NCBI GenBank assembly: GCA_002269645.1
Contig: NIVC01002571.1
Location: 1-64,000 of the forward strand
From: Macrostomum lignano
Taxonomy: Eukaryota
Length of the DNA stretch: 64,000 nt
Reading direction: 5' to 3'
Shown here: in pieces, positions 44,942 to 57,725 of the stretch
Numbering within the stretch: position 1 is the stretch's first letter
How the letters are laid out: each line of letters opens with the position of its first letter
Position numbers and translations under genes: made by a program
The notes under the pieces: generated by a model
Databases searched by the model: none
Told to the model about the DNA's origin: nothing
The model's input: the letters and a program-made list of their open reading frames with translations, nothing else

Positions 44942-47900
44942 TCAAGCATCGGCAAACACGGCCTCTCCGATGGCCACGCGTCCAGGCATCTCCACTGTAC
45001 AGTCCACGCCAAACAGCGGGTTCTTGAACTTCGGCCCACTGCGGTAGGGCGCCAGCGCGGTCAGCACCGGGTTGCCGGACGGAGCCACGGCTCGGTCTCC
45101 AGCCGAGTAATCCAGGTTAACCATGATGCAGCGCTCGCAGGGGAAGGCGGCGGCTAGGATGCAGCCTCCAGCGAAATAGACGAAGCCCCAGTTGTCCTCC
45201 TCGCGATCCTGCTGGACCCCTGAGATCACCAGGTTGGGCCGGAAATTGCGCCAATCAACTCCCGGATGCTTGCCAGTCAGGCGGTTGTTCAGAGCCTGAA
45301 GATTGGTTAAATTAAACCAGCCTTAAAATGAAGCTACAACTTCAAATTGAACCTTGACTGCTTGAGTACCTTGAAATTCCTCAGTTTATCAGTCCCGCTT
45401 AATTACAGATAAATGCTCATGATGCTTTACAATACCGATATTGTCACTTTCGGCACGAGAAAAACTGTATAAAACCATCTAGATGTATATCGATCAGTGC
45501 CATCTAGATCAATAGCGATCAGTGCCATCTAGATCAATATCGATCAGTGCCATCTAGATCAATAGCGATCAGTGCCATCTAGATCAATAGCGATCAGTGC
45601 CATCTAGATCAATAGCGATCAGTGCCATCTAGATCAATATCGATCAGTGCCATCTAGATCAATATCGATCAGTGCCATCTAGATCAATAGCGATCAGTGC
45701 CATCTAGATCAATATCGATCAGTGCCATCTAGATCAATAGCGATCAGTGCCATCTAGATCAATATCGATCAGTGCCATCTAGATCAATAGCGATCAGTGC
45801 CATCTAGATCAATAGCGATCAGTGCCATCTAGATCAATATCGATCAGTGCCATCTAGATCAATATCGATCAGTGCCATCTAGATCAATATCGATCAGTGC
45901 CATCTAGATCAATATCGATCAGTGCCATCTAGATCAATAGCGATCAGTGTCATCTAGATCAATATTGATCAGTGTCATCTAGATCAATAGCGATCAGTGT
46001 CATCTAGATCAATATCGATCAGTGTCATCTAGATCAATATCGATCAGTGCCATCTAGATCAATAGCGATCAGTGCCATCTAGATCAATATCGATCAGTGT
46101 CATCTAGATCAATATCGATCAGTGCCATCTAGATCAATAGCGATCAGTGCCATCTAGATCAATATCGATCAGTGCCATCTAGATCAATATCGATCAGTGC
46201 CATCTAGATCAATATCGATCAGTGCCATCTAGATCAATATCGATCAGTGCCATCTAGATCAATAGCGATCAGTGTCATCTAGATCAATATCGATCAGTGT
46301 CATCTAGATCAATAGCGATCAGTGTCATCTAGATCAATATCGATCAGTGTCATCTAGATCAATAGCGATCAGTGCCATCTAGATCAATAGCGATCAGTGC
46401 CATCTAGATCAATATCGATCAGTGTCATCTAGATCAATATCGATCAGTGCCATCTAGATCAATAGCGATCAGTGCCATCTAGATCAATAGCGATCAGTGC
46501 CATCTAGATCAATAGCGATCAGTGTCATCTAGATCAATATCGATCAGTGCCATCTAGATCAATAGCGATCAGTGCCATCTAGATCAATATCGATCAGTGT
46601 CATCTAGATCAATATCGATCAGTGTCATCTAGATCAATATCGATCAGTGTCATCTAGATCAATATCGATCAGTGTCATCTAGATCAATATCGATCAGTGT
46701 CATCTAGATCAATATCGATCAATAAATCTAGGAAATCGCCAGCTCACCTCAAACGACTTGTCCGACACCATCAGAATCGGCGCCTTGTCGGCAAACGCAA
46801 TCCGATTGGCAGAAGTCTCGTGCAGGCTGTCGTACACCTGCAGCATGCCGCCTTGCTTGTCCAGTGCGCGCATCTTGTCGGCCACGCTGCGCTGGTTGCT
46901 AGGGCAGTAAACCTGCGTTTGATGTTATCGGTTTGGAATTACTTGAGAAGATAACGGCAGCACACACTTAGGGACTGGGGGATGGCTGAGGGACTGGTGG
47001 GTAGGCTGAGGGACTGGGATGGCTGAGGGACTGGGATGGCTGAGGGACTGGTGGGTTAGCTGAGGGACTGGGATGGCTGAGGGACTGGGATGGCTGAGGG
47101 ACTGGGATGGCTGAGGGACTGGGATGGCTGAGGGACTGGGATGGCTGAGGGACTGGTGGGTTAGCTGAGGGACTGGGATGGCTGAGGGACTGGCGGGTAG
47201 GCTGAGGGACTGGGATGGCTGAAGGACTGGTGGGTAGGCTGAGGGACTGGGATGGCTGAGGGACTGGTGGGTAGGCTGAGGGACTGGGATGGCTGAAGGA
47301 CTGGGATGGCTGAGGGACTGGTGGGTAGGCTGAGGGACTGGGATGGCTGAGGGACTGGGATGGCTGAAGGACTGGTGGGTAGGCTGAGGGACTGGTGGGT
47401 TAGCTGAGGGACTGGTGGGTTAGCTGAGGGACTGGTGGGTTAGCTGAGGGACTGGTGGGTAGGCTGAGGGACTGGTGGGTTAGCTGAGAACTGAAGTCCC
47501 ATTCACACCGCCATAAATTCGAAAGCTACAATCATTCTGCAGATGCACAAACTATTGCATTTTAAAAACGTTTGAGTAAACTCATGAATTGGAATATTTT
47601 GTATCAGTTTTCGTCTCTTTAACTAATTAACTAGCGGTGTAAGCCTAGCCTCTTGACAGGGGAGCAGTGCTGACTGGTTAAAGCAGGGGTCGGCAAACTC
47701 CGGCCGCGAAGCCTCTCTATCCGGCCCTCGGGTCCTTTGAAACTTCTCTCCTCTCTCTTCTCCTGTCTCTCCTCATCTCTTTCTTCTCCTGTCTCTCCTC
47801 TCTCTTCTCCTGTCTCTCCTTCCTCCGGTCTCTCCTCTCCACTCTTCTCTCCTCTCCTCTCTCCTCTCTTCTTAGCTCCTCTACTCTCACTTCTCTCTTC

Positions 47901-48550
47901 TTACTCTCCACTCACTTCTTTCTCTTCTCCTCTCTCCCTCTCATCTGACCCGCAGCCAAGAGCTAGACTTTTTATCTGGCCCTTGAAGTAAGAAAGTTTG
48001 CCGACCCCAGGTTTAAAGAGATTAAGTAGTAACAGTGAGCCACAATGCAGACCAGTCGCAGGTCCTGGCGGTTGCAGACGGAGTTCAACCAGGCGGCCAC
48101 CTCGTCGCCGCAGTCCAAGCCCGAATGCTTCTCGCCCTTGAAGTCGAATGTCACCGGCCGGTTGAGCCGCACCGGGTCGGGCACCGGCACAGACTCGTGC
48201 CCGTCCGCGGTGAGAAGAATCCGGCCCAGCCTGTCGGGATCCAGAGCCGGCTGCACCTGGTGCAGGGTGGGGAACACCTTCAGGCTGACAAACTTATTGT
48301 CGGCGCTGCTGAGCACCAGGTAGCTGCGGTCGCGAACTTCCCGCCAGCAGATTCCGCCGTCGCGAATTTCTGCTTCAGGCAGGGCGAAGCCGCGGCAAGA
48401 CTTCACAGGGTAGATGAGAATTTGTTGCACCTGGCCAACTCGGCTTTTGGCTCGGCGAGTGCTGACGTAGTACCAGGCCAGGTTCTTCAATACGAAGCAG
48501 GCAGCTACGCCAACCAGCTCCGCAAACCTCTGCTGCTGGGAGTCAGTCAT
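44942..48550 (-). CDS. MTARC: Mitochondrial amidoxime-reducing component (mARC, MOSC-domain molybdoenzyme), 338 aa; exons 48550-48053, 46912-46748, 45295-44942
   Basis: N-terminal hydrophobic anchor, ILIYPVKSCRG, DRSYLV, DCGDEVAAWL, AFADKAPILMVS, NFRPNLVISG, Moco-binding PCERC, PLFGV. All introns phase 0, GT-AG. Confidence 0.92.
45487..46720. repeat. Minisatellite, 25-bp unit ATCGATCAGTGCCATCTAGATCAAT, about 49 copies
   Basis: Tandem repetition in mARC intron 2. Confidence 0.96.
46968..47488. repeat. Minisatellite of mixed 17/21-bp units GGCTGAGGGACT(GGGAT/GGTGGGTA)
   Basis: Tandem repetition in mARC intron 1. Confidence 0.93.
47684..48010. mobile_element. hAT (Buster/Charlie-like) MITE with CT-rich interior
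   Basis: TIR CAGGGGTCGGCAAACT / AGTTTGCCGACCCCAG; 8-bp TSD GGTTAAAG / GTTTAAAG (7 of 8 match, nnnTAnnn type). Confidence 0.85.
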
Positions 48551-49389
48551 GGCTTGCGAGTTCGATTTAGTGTTAATTCTAACTGCTTTCGAATGCGACT
48601 TGTTTTTTTACTATAAATTGTCTTGGCTGACTTCTTTCTATAGTTTAAAGTCCACGCGAAGTCGCACACTAGTGAAGCATGTCCCGATTATGCTGTCCTC
48701 AATTAGTGATGCGGGGCTGCGTGGCTGCGTACGCAGGTGTGGAATGGACAGGAAATATAGCGGTTTTAGAGAGAGAAAGGGTAGAGAGCTGCGTGCATTA
48801 CTATTTAAATTGGCTTTACAAACGCTCTCTCAATTGGCCAAGGCTATCGGTATCAGTCTAGCTAGCGAGAATGAATGTACAGTCAGTCAGTGTACATTGC
48901 CTAAGAGAATAAGAGTTGAGGGGAACAAGAGAAACTATACCATATTAATTAGGGTTTTAAACCGGTTCAGGCTTCAATTGGAAAAGCGAAGATTTGAGGT
49001 GTTTATAGTTTGCTTTAACACTTATAGGAATTAGGGAAATATCTGCATGGCCATGCTACGAGCGTACATGGTTGGTAAGACAGTGGAGTGGCCTATACTG
49101 TACACCGCAGATGCTAAAAGTAAACTGCATTATTTGTTCGCATTAGGACAACAGCTGCGAACTGCGATGGTGCAATGGTAGATTAGTATCTATAAGATTA
49201 GTATATTTAGATGCATGTAGCTGAGTTGAATTACGAAATACGAAAGCAGTCACGTGATGAATTTTCCAAGTACATGAGGTAAATGTACATTGAGGAGCAG
49301 CTGTGGAATAATGGCCGACTGTTACTGCGTCGGGGTGAAAGCATAGGACAATGTACTTTGACGAGTATTACTATTATTGGTAGCTAGCT

Positions 49390-49775
49390 ACCACTAGCAA
49401 TCTAGTGCCCCCTTCGGGGCGCTCAATAAGCAAAAGACGAAAATTGTTTATGTGAATCCTTTTAAATGAAAGCAAATTTTCTTAAAAGCATTTATATTTC
49501 AGTTTAATAAATCACCTTATTCGAGTTAAGTTGTTCAAAGAATTGAATAATTTTTGTATAAACTACATGTGACTTCTGACCTCTCATCCTTAACATCTCA
49601 GCAATTCCCCCAGTAAGCCCCCCTGACCTTTCAGCAATCTAGTGCCCCTCTTCGGGACGGCCAATAAGCTAGGAGCAAAAAGTACTCATCTAAATCTATT
49701 AAAAAAGCACATTTTCTTGAGAACCGATTCCTTCTTGACTTCAGTTTTTTAAATCACCTTATTCGAGTAAAATTG
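49390..49775. repeat. Diverged tandem duplication, about 245-bp offset
   Basis: GCAATCTAGTGCCCC...CAATAAGC and AAATCACCTTATTCGAGT each occur twice. Confidence 0.65.
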
Positions 49776-49877
49776 TCACGGACAAAGATGTTTTCTGAAT
49801 CTCTTTTTTTCTAAATGTAACAAACAAACACAAAAAATATAGCCTTCACAACGATAGCAGGCATTCCCCTCAAAAAT

Positions 49878-49950
49878 AAAGCATCCCCCAGACAGCAAAC
49901 TCCCCCAGATAGCAAACTCCCCCAGACAGCAAACTCCCCCAGACAGCAAG
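49878..49950. repeat. Short array, 18-bp unit CAGACAGCAAACTCCCCC, about 4 copies
   Basis: Direct observation. Confidence 0.85.
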
Positions 49951-51347
49951 TATAGATAGTGCAATAATCCTTTTCTCATCTAGTGCAATATTCTTTTGCT
50001 CTTCTAGTGCAATAATCCCTTTCTAAGCCAGTGAAATTAGATAGAGTAAGACCATGTATGTAGGTGCATGCTAGCGAAATAAAAAGCTAGCATCAGTACT
50101 ATGTACCTTAGTAATTCATACGTGTATTCTGTAATTTAGTTATGCAATAAAAACTGACTTCTTCCATCGGAAATTCCGTTGCGCCGTAGCCGTAGGAAGG
50201 CTCTTGACGTAGTTGCCGGGTGCCTGTAGCATGTGCGGGCTCGCTTTTGAGCTCAAAGCTTTTTAACTCAGTGTGCAGGGTGTACACGCACAGCGATGGA
50301 GTGCTGCTTTGCAGGCAGGTGATCAACTTGCTCGTCGCCAACTTTGCGGGTAGCAAAGGCTGCGGCCACCCAACGTGCGTAGTTGGGGCTTGCTGTTCTG
50401 ACCCCAACGAGTTCACCGGGAGCAAGAAATTTATTTGCCCGGCGAGATTTGTCCGCGAGCAAATTGCGCGCCGAGTTTTTCCCGCCGAGGTTTGGCCGCA
50501 AAGTTTTTTTCCTGCAGCGCATTTAGCCACGTTGGCAAAATTTGTCTTTATGGGCTCCCTAATGCTTAGAAAGTCTTAATAAATCGGGTAACTATATTTA
50601 CCCGATCAAAACGTTGTGATAGTAACTGCATAAAAATTGATATTTTTCTTGTAGGTACGCTCGTATTCAGTTCTATATACATGCAGGGGTACATCGTGAG
50701 CTATTAATTCATGCATGTGCCGTGTCGCTTTGTCCCCAAAATCTCTTTATTAAGACTTACGCTGTACTCTCGTACTAAGCATTAGGGGGGGGGGGGCAAC
50801 GCTGACAGAATCTAAGCTGCCGCGTGGCTAAATGAACGCTTAGCCAACGCTTAGTTAGCTAACCGCGAAATGCGGGCAATTCTCATGGACCCGAGTTTGC
50901 CATAGTGGCCAAAATTGGCGTTTTAAACCGAGCAGCCAAACGCGGACGCGACCACTTTCAGGAACCGGTTCTAACAGCCCAACAAAACGACAGAATACGC
51001 TGCCAGGTCTTAATTGGCGTCACAGACTCACAAGACACGTCTATGTCTACAGGATTTTATGAGGCTACGGCCCTAACCCTACTGAAGATGAGGTCAGTAT
51101 AGACGGTGATGCTGTGAGATCCATTCAAGAAACGAGGCCAACAAGTTAGACGAGCCCCAATTTAGGGTGAAAATTATGCATGTACATGAATGTAATAGCC
51201 AAAAAGCCAATGCTTTACACGTTATGCACTGATAAAATATTTACAGTGTACGGATTGAAGAACATCATACAGTATGCACGTAATCCGTTTTTAGGTCCTT
51301 ACCTCTCCGAAAAGTGCAATATAAATAATTTCGTGCCAACGTGAATT

Positions 51348-51797
51348 TTCGCGTTTGTGAAGTTTCGCGTTTGTGAAGTTTCGCGGTTGTGAAGTTTCGC
51401 GGTTGTGAAGTTTCGCGTTTGTCAAGTTTCGCGGTTGTGAAGTTTCGCGTTTGTGAAGTTTCGCGGTTGTGAAGTTTCGCGGTTGTGAAGTTTCGCGGTT
51501 GTGAAGTTTCGCGGTTGTGAAGTTTCGCGGTTGTGAAGTTTCGCGTTTGTCAAGTTTCGCGGTTGTGAAGTTTCGCGGTTGTGAAGTTTCGCGGTTGTGA
51601 AGTTTCGCGGTTGTGAAGTTTCGCGGTTGTGAAGTTTCGCGTTTGTGAAGTTTCGCGGTTGTGAAGTTTCGCGGTTGTGAAGTTTCGCGGTTGTGAAGTT
51701 TCGCGTTTGTGAAGTTTCGCGGTTGTGAAGTTTCGCGGTTGTGAAATTTCGCGGTTGTGAAGTTTCGCGGTTGTCAAGTTTCGCGCTTGTGAAGTTT
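51348..51797. repeat. Minisatellite, 16-bp unit TTTCGCGGTTGTGAAG, about 28 copies
   Basis: Direct tandem repetition. Confidence 0.95.
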
Positions 51798-52185
51798 TTC
51801 GTCTGTGAAAGCAACCCCAGCCATGACGATTGGGTATAGTCTTTTCTGTAAGTGAAAATGGAAAAAGGAAAATTCTACCAAATCCCTAGACTAAATTAAA
51901 TAATCCTCTCAAATCCCTAGGTCAAATTAATAATTCTACGAATCCCCCCAGGAAGGTGTCAAATTATATAACCCACACGTACTTAAACAAAATCATTAAT
52001 CAAGTCATCGGCTTATTGAAACTTTGCAATATAATCCGATTATAACAAACAGCTTTCTGATTTTTATTTGCTTTTTAGCTCGTACATGTATTAATGCCAG
52101 ATAATGATAGTTAATTTCTGAGTAGCATGTCAGGTGTGAATTGTTTCTCATATTTCAATAAAGAATGGGTCCTCAGCTGCTGAAT

Positions 52186-53277
52186 TCAGGCTTCAGGCTT
52201 TAATCCTGTTGAGGTCGGCAAGGAGATCGCCGAGTTCGTATCATTAGTCTTCGTCGCCTTCCTGCCCGGTAGACCGAGCATTAGTGTATCCATGAAGGCC
52301 TGTCGGAATCCGTGGCCAATAAAATAAACGAACGGATCCAGTACATTGTGCAGAAACTGAACCGCATGAAAGATATTATAGTACATATCCAGCTGGGCTT
52401 CCGGCAGTACTTGTGTGCCTATGATTTTGTAGAAATAGCCTTCGAGCAGTGACAAACCAGCTCTTGGACCGTGCGAAAAGAAGAACGTGAAATTCATGAA
52501 GATCATCACAATGCAAGCCGTCACAAGCTTCTTTTGCTTCGCTTTGTCCACGCCAGCTGACAGTTTTGCAACGTTTCGCTGCTGCAGAATCAAAGTGACG
52601 CCCACGCTCACGCTTGCGGCCAACAGGTAGATAAACAGTCCCATAGTGCTCATGTAGAAGTCGATGTGATAATGAATCGGATCTATCTTTAATAGAAACT
52701 CAAAATTCGGATGATCGTCACATTTCCCATCAACGTAGCCCTGCTGAATACTCCAGATAGTTGGGGCAACACTGCCTAAAAGAAATAGAGCAACCAGCAT
52801 AATATAATTATTCCTCATTGTCATAATACTTTTCACCTTTAGCGGTAGCACTACAGCGAGGACTCTCTCGGTGGTGAGGGCCACAAGAAAAAAGGGCGCG
52901 CCGTTTAACAGGAACTTCTGAAAATAGTTGATGAAGTGACACGCGGCTACGCTGTCGTGCTGCCGACCCATGAATGTGTTGTCTAACTTCGTTGGTGCAA
53001 ACTTCAATACCCAGAACTTATGATGGTAATAAGTGCCGCTCACTGACAGGACAACAATGTCTGATGCCGTGATTATCATCATGTTTAGGCGAGATATTTT
53101 GGGGAAGATTGACCTGCCTCGATAGATAGTGATAAAGCAGAGCAGATTGAATAGAATGCCAAACGCTAAGAGTGACGGCATTAGCCAGATGACGATGTTG
53201 TCGAACGCCCAGCACCAACCTGGAATCTCGAACCACTTCAACTCGGTGTCCGTGTCATTTCCCTGCTGACCCGCCAT
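52186..53277 (-). CDS. Intronless class A (rhodopsin-like) GPCR, probable peptide receptor, 363 aa
   Basis: Seven hydrophobic segments; GILFN (TM1), ASDIVV (TM2), C before TM3, TERVLAVVLP (DRY equivalent), FFFSHGP (TM6), NVLDPFVY (NPxxY equivalent). Confidence 0.9.
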   Translation of the reverse strand: MAGQQGNDTDTELKWFEIPGWCWAFDNIVIWLMPSLLAFGILFNLLCFITIYRGRSIFPKISRLNMMIITASDIVVLSVSGTYYHHKFWVLKFAPTKLDNTFMGRQHDSVAACHFINYFQKFLLNGAPFFLVALTTERVLAVVLPLKVKSIMTMRNNYIMLVALFLLGSVAPTIWSIQQGYVDGKCDDHPNFEFLLKIDPIHYHIDFYMSTMGLFIYLLAASVSVGVTLILQQRNVAKLSAGVDKAKQKKLVTACIVMIFMNFTFFFSHGPRAGLSLLEGYFYKIIGTQVLPEAQLDMYYNIFHAVQFLHNVLDPFVYFIGHGFRQAFMDTLMLGLPGRKATKTNDTNSAISLPTSTGLKPEA

Positions 53278-54469
53278 CTGCTACAATCAATGAGTATCGG
53301 TTGCTTAGAGTGATATACATTTTGAAGCAGTTCAATATGTCAGTTTGCTTTCTGACTGGACAACTTACCTTAGGATCGCAGACGCGGGAGAATGATGTGG
53401 AACAATTGTGAACTGGTTTGACTCGGCGATATCGCGAGAACAAGAATTCAATAACTACAATGCTTTTTTATACACTGTTTTTGGCCAGATCTAGCGGCGC
53501 AGATCACATTTCGAATAAATCCATTAGCAGATGAAGCATCTAAAAGCACACGATCAGATTTCGATTAGTTAAATGTATCCTCATTTCATTAATTGCATCC
53601 ATGCCCAGCCGCATTAATGGCATGCATAGTCCAATGACATTGTCCTGCCTTCTGGTTACTTTGATGAATCTGACCATCTTGACTCGATTTGAAGCATCTA
53701 AAAGGTCCCGATCCAATTTCTATCAATTAATTGTAGAATATCTCAATTTCATTAATTGAACTGAATCACAGTAATGGAAATGCAGTGTCCAATGACATCG
53801 ACATGCTTTTTAGACATTTGGGTAAAAATACGACACTGTATCACTGTCACTATCACTGTATCGCCGGCCTGGTCCGTCTAAGCGACTATCATCCTGCTGC
53901 TGACGCTGCAGGCACCCTACCGACGAGGACACCCGGGCTCGCACTCGGCGCTTCGTCAACTGCCTGCTGGCTGACGCCGGCGTCCCGGATTCTGTCGGCG
54001 GCTTGGCCTAAGTTCGCATTCTAGGCCCGAGGCGCGCACTGCGACGCGCTGTTCCTGTTTTATAAGACTTAAGTAACGTTTTCTGTTGTGGCATGATCAA
54101 CCTTACTGTACATGAACATTCCCAACTCTTCGACGACGTGAAAGAAAGTATCAAGTTCGGCTTTTGTTCCCTCTGTTGGCCCCGGTTGTTTTAGTGATTC
54201 CAGTGGGCGGGTTTTTCTCGTTTCCCATCGTTGTCCCTCCCCTTGTCCCATCCTCTGTCCCATCCCCGGGTTTTCCCATGTTAACTTATTATATATTGTG
54301 TGAAGTTCGGGCATATTTTTGCTCATGCCTCTGGCCTCTGGCCTCTTGCCTCTTGCCTCTTTCCTTTTTCCGTTTCCGTTTTTCGTTTAATACTAGCAAT
54401 CTACGCCCCCCGTTGGGGAGCCAAAGAAATGCAATACACGTTTTTTTAATAAGCTACATGTATCCTTGA

Positions 54470-55500
54470 AATCTTAAAAAATCTCCTGTCAAAACTTGTC
54501 AGCCTTGAAATGTCAGTAATTCCCCCCCCCACAAGCTTTAACATATCAACTTCCCCCTTGACATCTCAGCAATGCCCCCCAATAAGCCTTGGAAATCTAA
54601 AAATATCTGTCAACCTTCTAACCCTAACCCTAGCCTAACCCTAACCCTAACCCTAACCCTAGCCCTAACCCTAACCTAACCCTAACCCTAACCTAACCCT
54701 AAAGCATTGAAATTTCAGTAATAATTCTCTCTAAGAGTCATTATTGCACTACTACAGCATTATAGCGATTCCCTGCAAGCCTCGACATCGTAGGGATTCC
54801 CAAATGAATCTCTTCACTTCGACATGAAGCTTCTTTTATTTTTTACATTACGCTTTTTTATCAGCGATCCCTCCCCTGAGGAGGCATCAAATAATGTAAT
54901 AAAAAGTTTTCAATAAACTACATGTAGCTTCTGACTTTAGCCTTGAAATCTCATTTATACCCCCGTGAGCCTTGACATGTCAGCTATTCCCCCCGTAAGC
55001 CTTGACATGTCAGCGATGGCCTCCATAAACCTTGAAATCTAAAAAACCCCCCGTTAACCTTGAAACCCGATAAAATATAACCCTCAACCCAAACCTGACC
55101 TAAACCTAACTTTAACCCAACCAAAAGTCTTGAAATCTCAGCAATTCTTCTCCCCTAAGCCTTGACATTTTAGTGATTCCTTCTTTAAGAATCACAGCAC
55201 TATAACGATTTCCACCAAGCTTTGACATCGTAGCAATTCCCAAAGGAATCTTTTAACTTCGACATGACTCTTCTTTTATGTATACATAGTGCTTTTATTT
55301 TTTACATGACTCTTCTTCTATCAGCGCCCCCCCCCCTGTGGCGAGCCAACAAAGAATGTAATAAAAAAATTGAGTACATGAAGTACATGAACTTTGAAGT
55401 AGCTTCTGACTTTTGCTTTGACATCTCAGAAACCCCACCCCCGTAATCTCAGTTATTCTCTGTGAGCCTTGACGTCTCAGTTTTTCTCCCTAGCCCAGCA
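54470..55500. repeat. Diverged tandem duplication of an about 440-bp unit with internal CCTTGA(C/A)ATCTCAGCAAT subrepeats
   Basis: ACAGCA...GACATCGTAG...CTTCGACATGA at 54754 and 55194; related sequence at 49559-49620. Confidence 0.7.
54618..54702. repeat. Interstitial telomere-like (CCCTAA)n tract, imperfect
   Basis: About 14 CCCTAA/CCTAA/CCCTAG units. Confidence 0.85.
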
Positions 55501-55589
55501 CTATAGCTTCATTTAATTTTTACATGACACCTTTCATGTCTGACATGACGCTTCTTTTATTCTACCATGATGCTTCTTAATTTTTTAAA

Positions 55590-57290
55590 TGACACTTTCA
55601 TTAGTTTTTAATGAGGCTTCTATGATTTTTTCATGACGCTTCTATGATTGTTTACATGACGCTTCTATGATTTTTACATGACGCTTCTATGATTTTTAAC
55701 ATGACGCTTCTATGATTGTTTACATGACGCTTCTATGATTTTTTACATTACGCTTCTATGATTTTTTTAAATGACGCTTCTATGAGTTTTATATGACGCT
55801 TCTATGCTTTTTACATGACGCTTCTATGCTTCTTACATGACGCTTCTATGCTTTTTACATGACGCTTCTATGATTGTTTACATGACGCTTCTATGATTTT
55901 TTTAAATGACGCTTCTATGATTTTTATATGACGCTTCAATGATTTTTTACATGACGCTTCTATGATTTTTAACATGACGCTTCTATGATTGTTTACATGA
56001 CGCTTCTATGATTTTTTACATGACGCTTCTATGATTGTTTACATGACACTTCTATGATTTTTACATGACGCTTCTATGATTTTTTACATGACGCTTCTAT
56101 GATTTTTTACATGACGCTTCTATGATTGTTTACATGACGCTTCTATGATTTTTTACATGACGCTTCTATGATTGTTTACATGACACTTCTATGATTTTTA
56201 CATGACGCTTCTATGATTTTTTACATGACGCTTCTATGATTTTTTACATGACGCTTCTATGATTTTTACATGACGCTTTTATGATTTTTTACATGACGCT
56301 TCTATGATTGTTTACGTGACGCTTCTATGATTTTTTTAAATGACGCTTCTATGATTTTTATATGACGCTTCTATGATTGTTTACATGACGCTTCTATGAT
56401 TTGTTACATGACGCTTCTATGATTTTTTACATGACGCTTCTATGATTGTTTACATGACGCTTCCATGATTTTTTACATGACGCTTCTATGATTTTTAACA
56501 TGACGCTTCTATGATTGTTTACATGACGCTTCTATGATTTTTAATGACGCTTCTATGATTGTTTACATGACGCTTCAATGATTTTTTACATGACGCTTCT
56601 ATGATTTTTAACATGACGCTTCTATGATTGTTTACATGACGCTTCTATGATTTTTTACATGACGCTTCTATGATTGTTTACATGACACTTCTATGATTTT
56701 TACATGACGCTTCTATGATTTTTTACATGACGCTTCTATGATAGTTTACGTGACGCTTCTATGATTTTTTTAAATGACGCTTCTATGATTTTTCACATGA
56801 CGCTTCTATGATTTTTTACATGTCGCTTCTATGATTTTTTACATGACGCTTCTATGATTGTTTACATGACGCTTCTATGATTTTTTACATGACGCTTCTA
56901 TGATTGTTTACATGACGCTTCTATGATTTTTTTAAATGACGCTTCTATGATTTTTATATGACGCTTCTATGATTGTTTACATGACGCTTCTATGATTTTT
57001 TTAAATGACGCTTCTATGATTTTTATATGACGCTTCTATGATTGTTTACATGACGCTTCTATGATTTGTTACATGACGCTTCTATGATTGTTTACATGAC
57101 GCTTCTATGATTTTTATATGACGCTTCTATGATTGTTTACATGACGCTTCTATGATTTGTTACATGACGCTTCTATGATTGTTTACATGACGCTTCTATG
57201 ATATTTTTAAATGACGCTTCTATGAGTTTTATATGACGCTTCTATGCTTTTTACATGACGCTTCTATGATTGTTTACATGACGCTTCACC
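55590..57290. repeat. AT-rich minisatellite, 22-24 bp unit CATGACGCTTCTATGATT(T/G)TTTA, about 1.7 kb
   Basis: Tandem repetition with variable T-run. Confidence 0.95.
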
Positions 57291-57594
57291 AAGGAGAAGA
57301 ATCAGCGCATCAATTCGTGCATTTTCCGGCTTTATTCGTGCTTCTACAACGCCGGCGGCAATTCAAACGAGGAATCCGCCCCACCTCACTGGTGTCAGCA
57401 AATTTTCGAAACCGAGAGTTTCCAAGAAAAATTCTTCTCCACCCCCACCTCAATATTATTCAATTCGGATAATTTGGTGTATAAGACACACACTAGTATA
57501 ACAATATAATAATCAAGATACGAGTAAGAAGTCTTTGAAGTCTAGGAATATTTACCCTTGTGGTTTTTATGAACTAGATATTTTAGCATTATCA

Positions 57595-57725
57595 ATTTAA
57601 CCGGACAAATAACAAAATGTCTATTTGTCCGGTATTAACCGGATGAATAGGAAAGCATGGTCAGGATCCAGTAACCGGACAAATAACCACATCGCTATTC
57701 GTCCGGTCACCGGACAAATAACAAC
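57595..57725. repeat. Cluster of direct and inverted ACCGGACAAATA motifs, possible transposon subterminal remnant
   Basis: ACCGGACAAATA x3 and T(G/C)TCCGGT inverted copies. Confidence 0.45.

Noticed and set aside
53785-54469. GC-rich stretch with 79-101 aa ORFs on both strands
   Set aside because: No family motifs or consistent splice structure; probably part of a decayed repeat.
54618-54702. True telomere or chromosome-fusion site
   Set aside because: Short, imperfect, single orientation, and embedded in a duplicated interspersed repeat.
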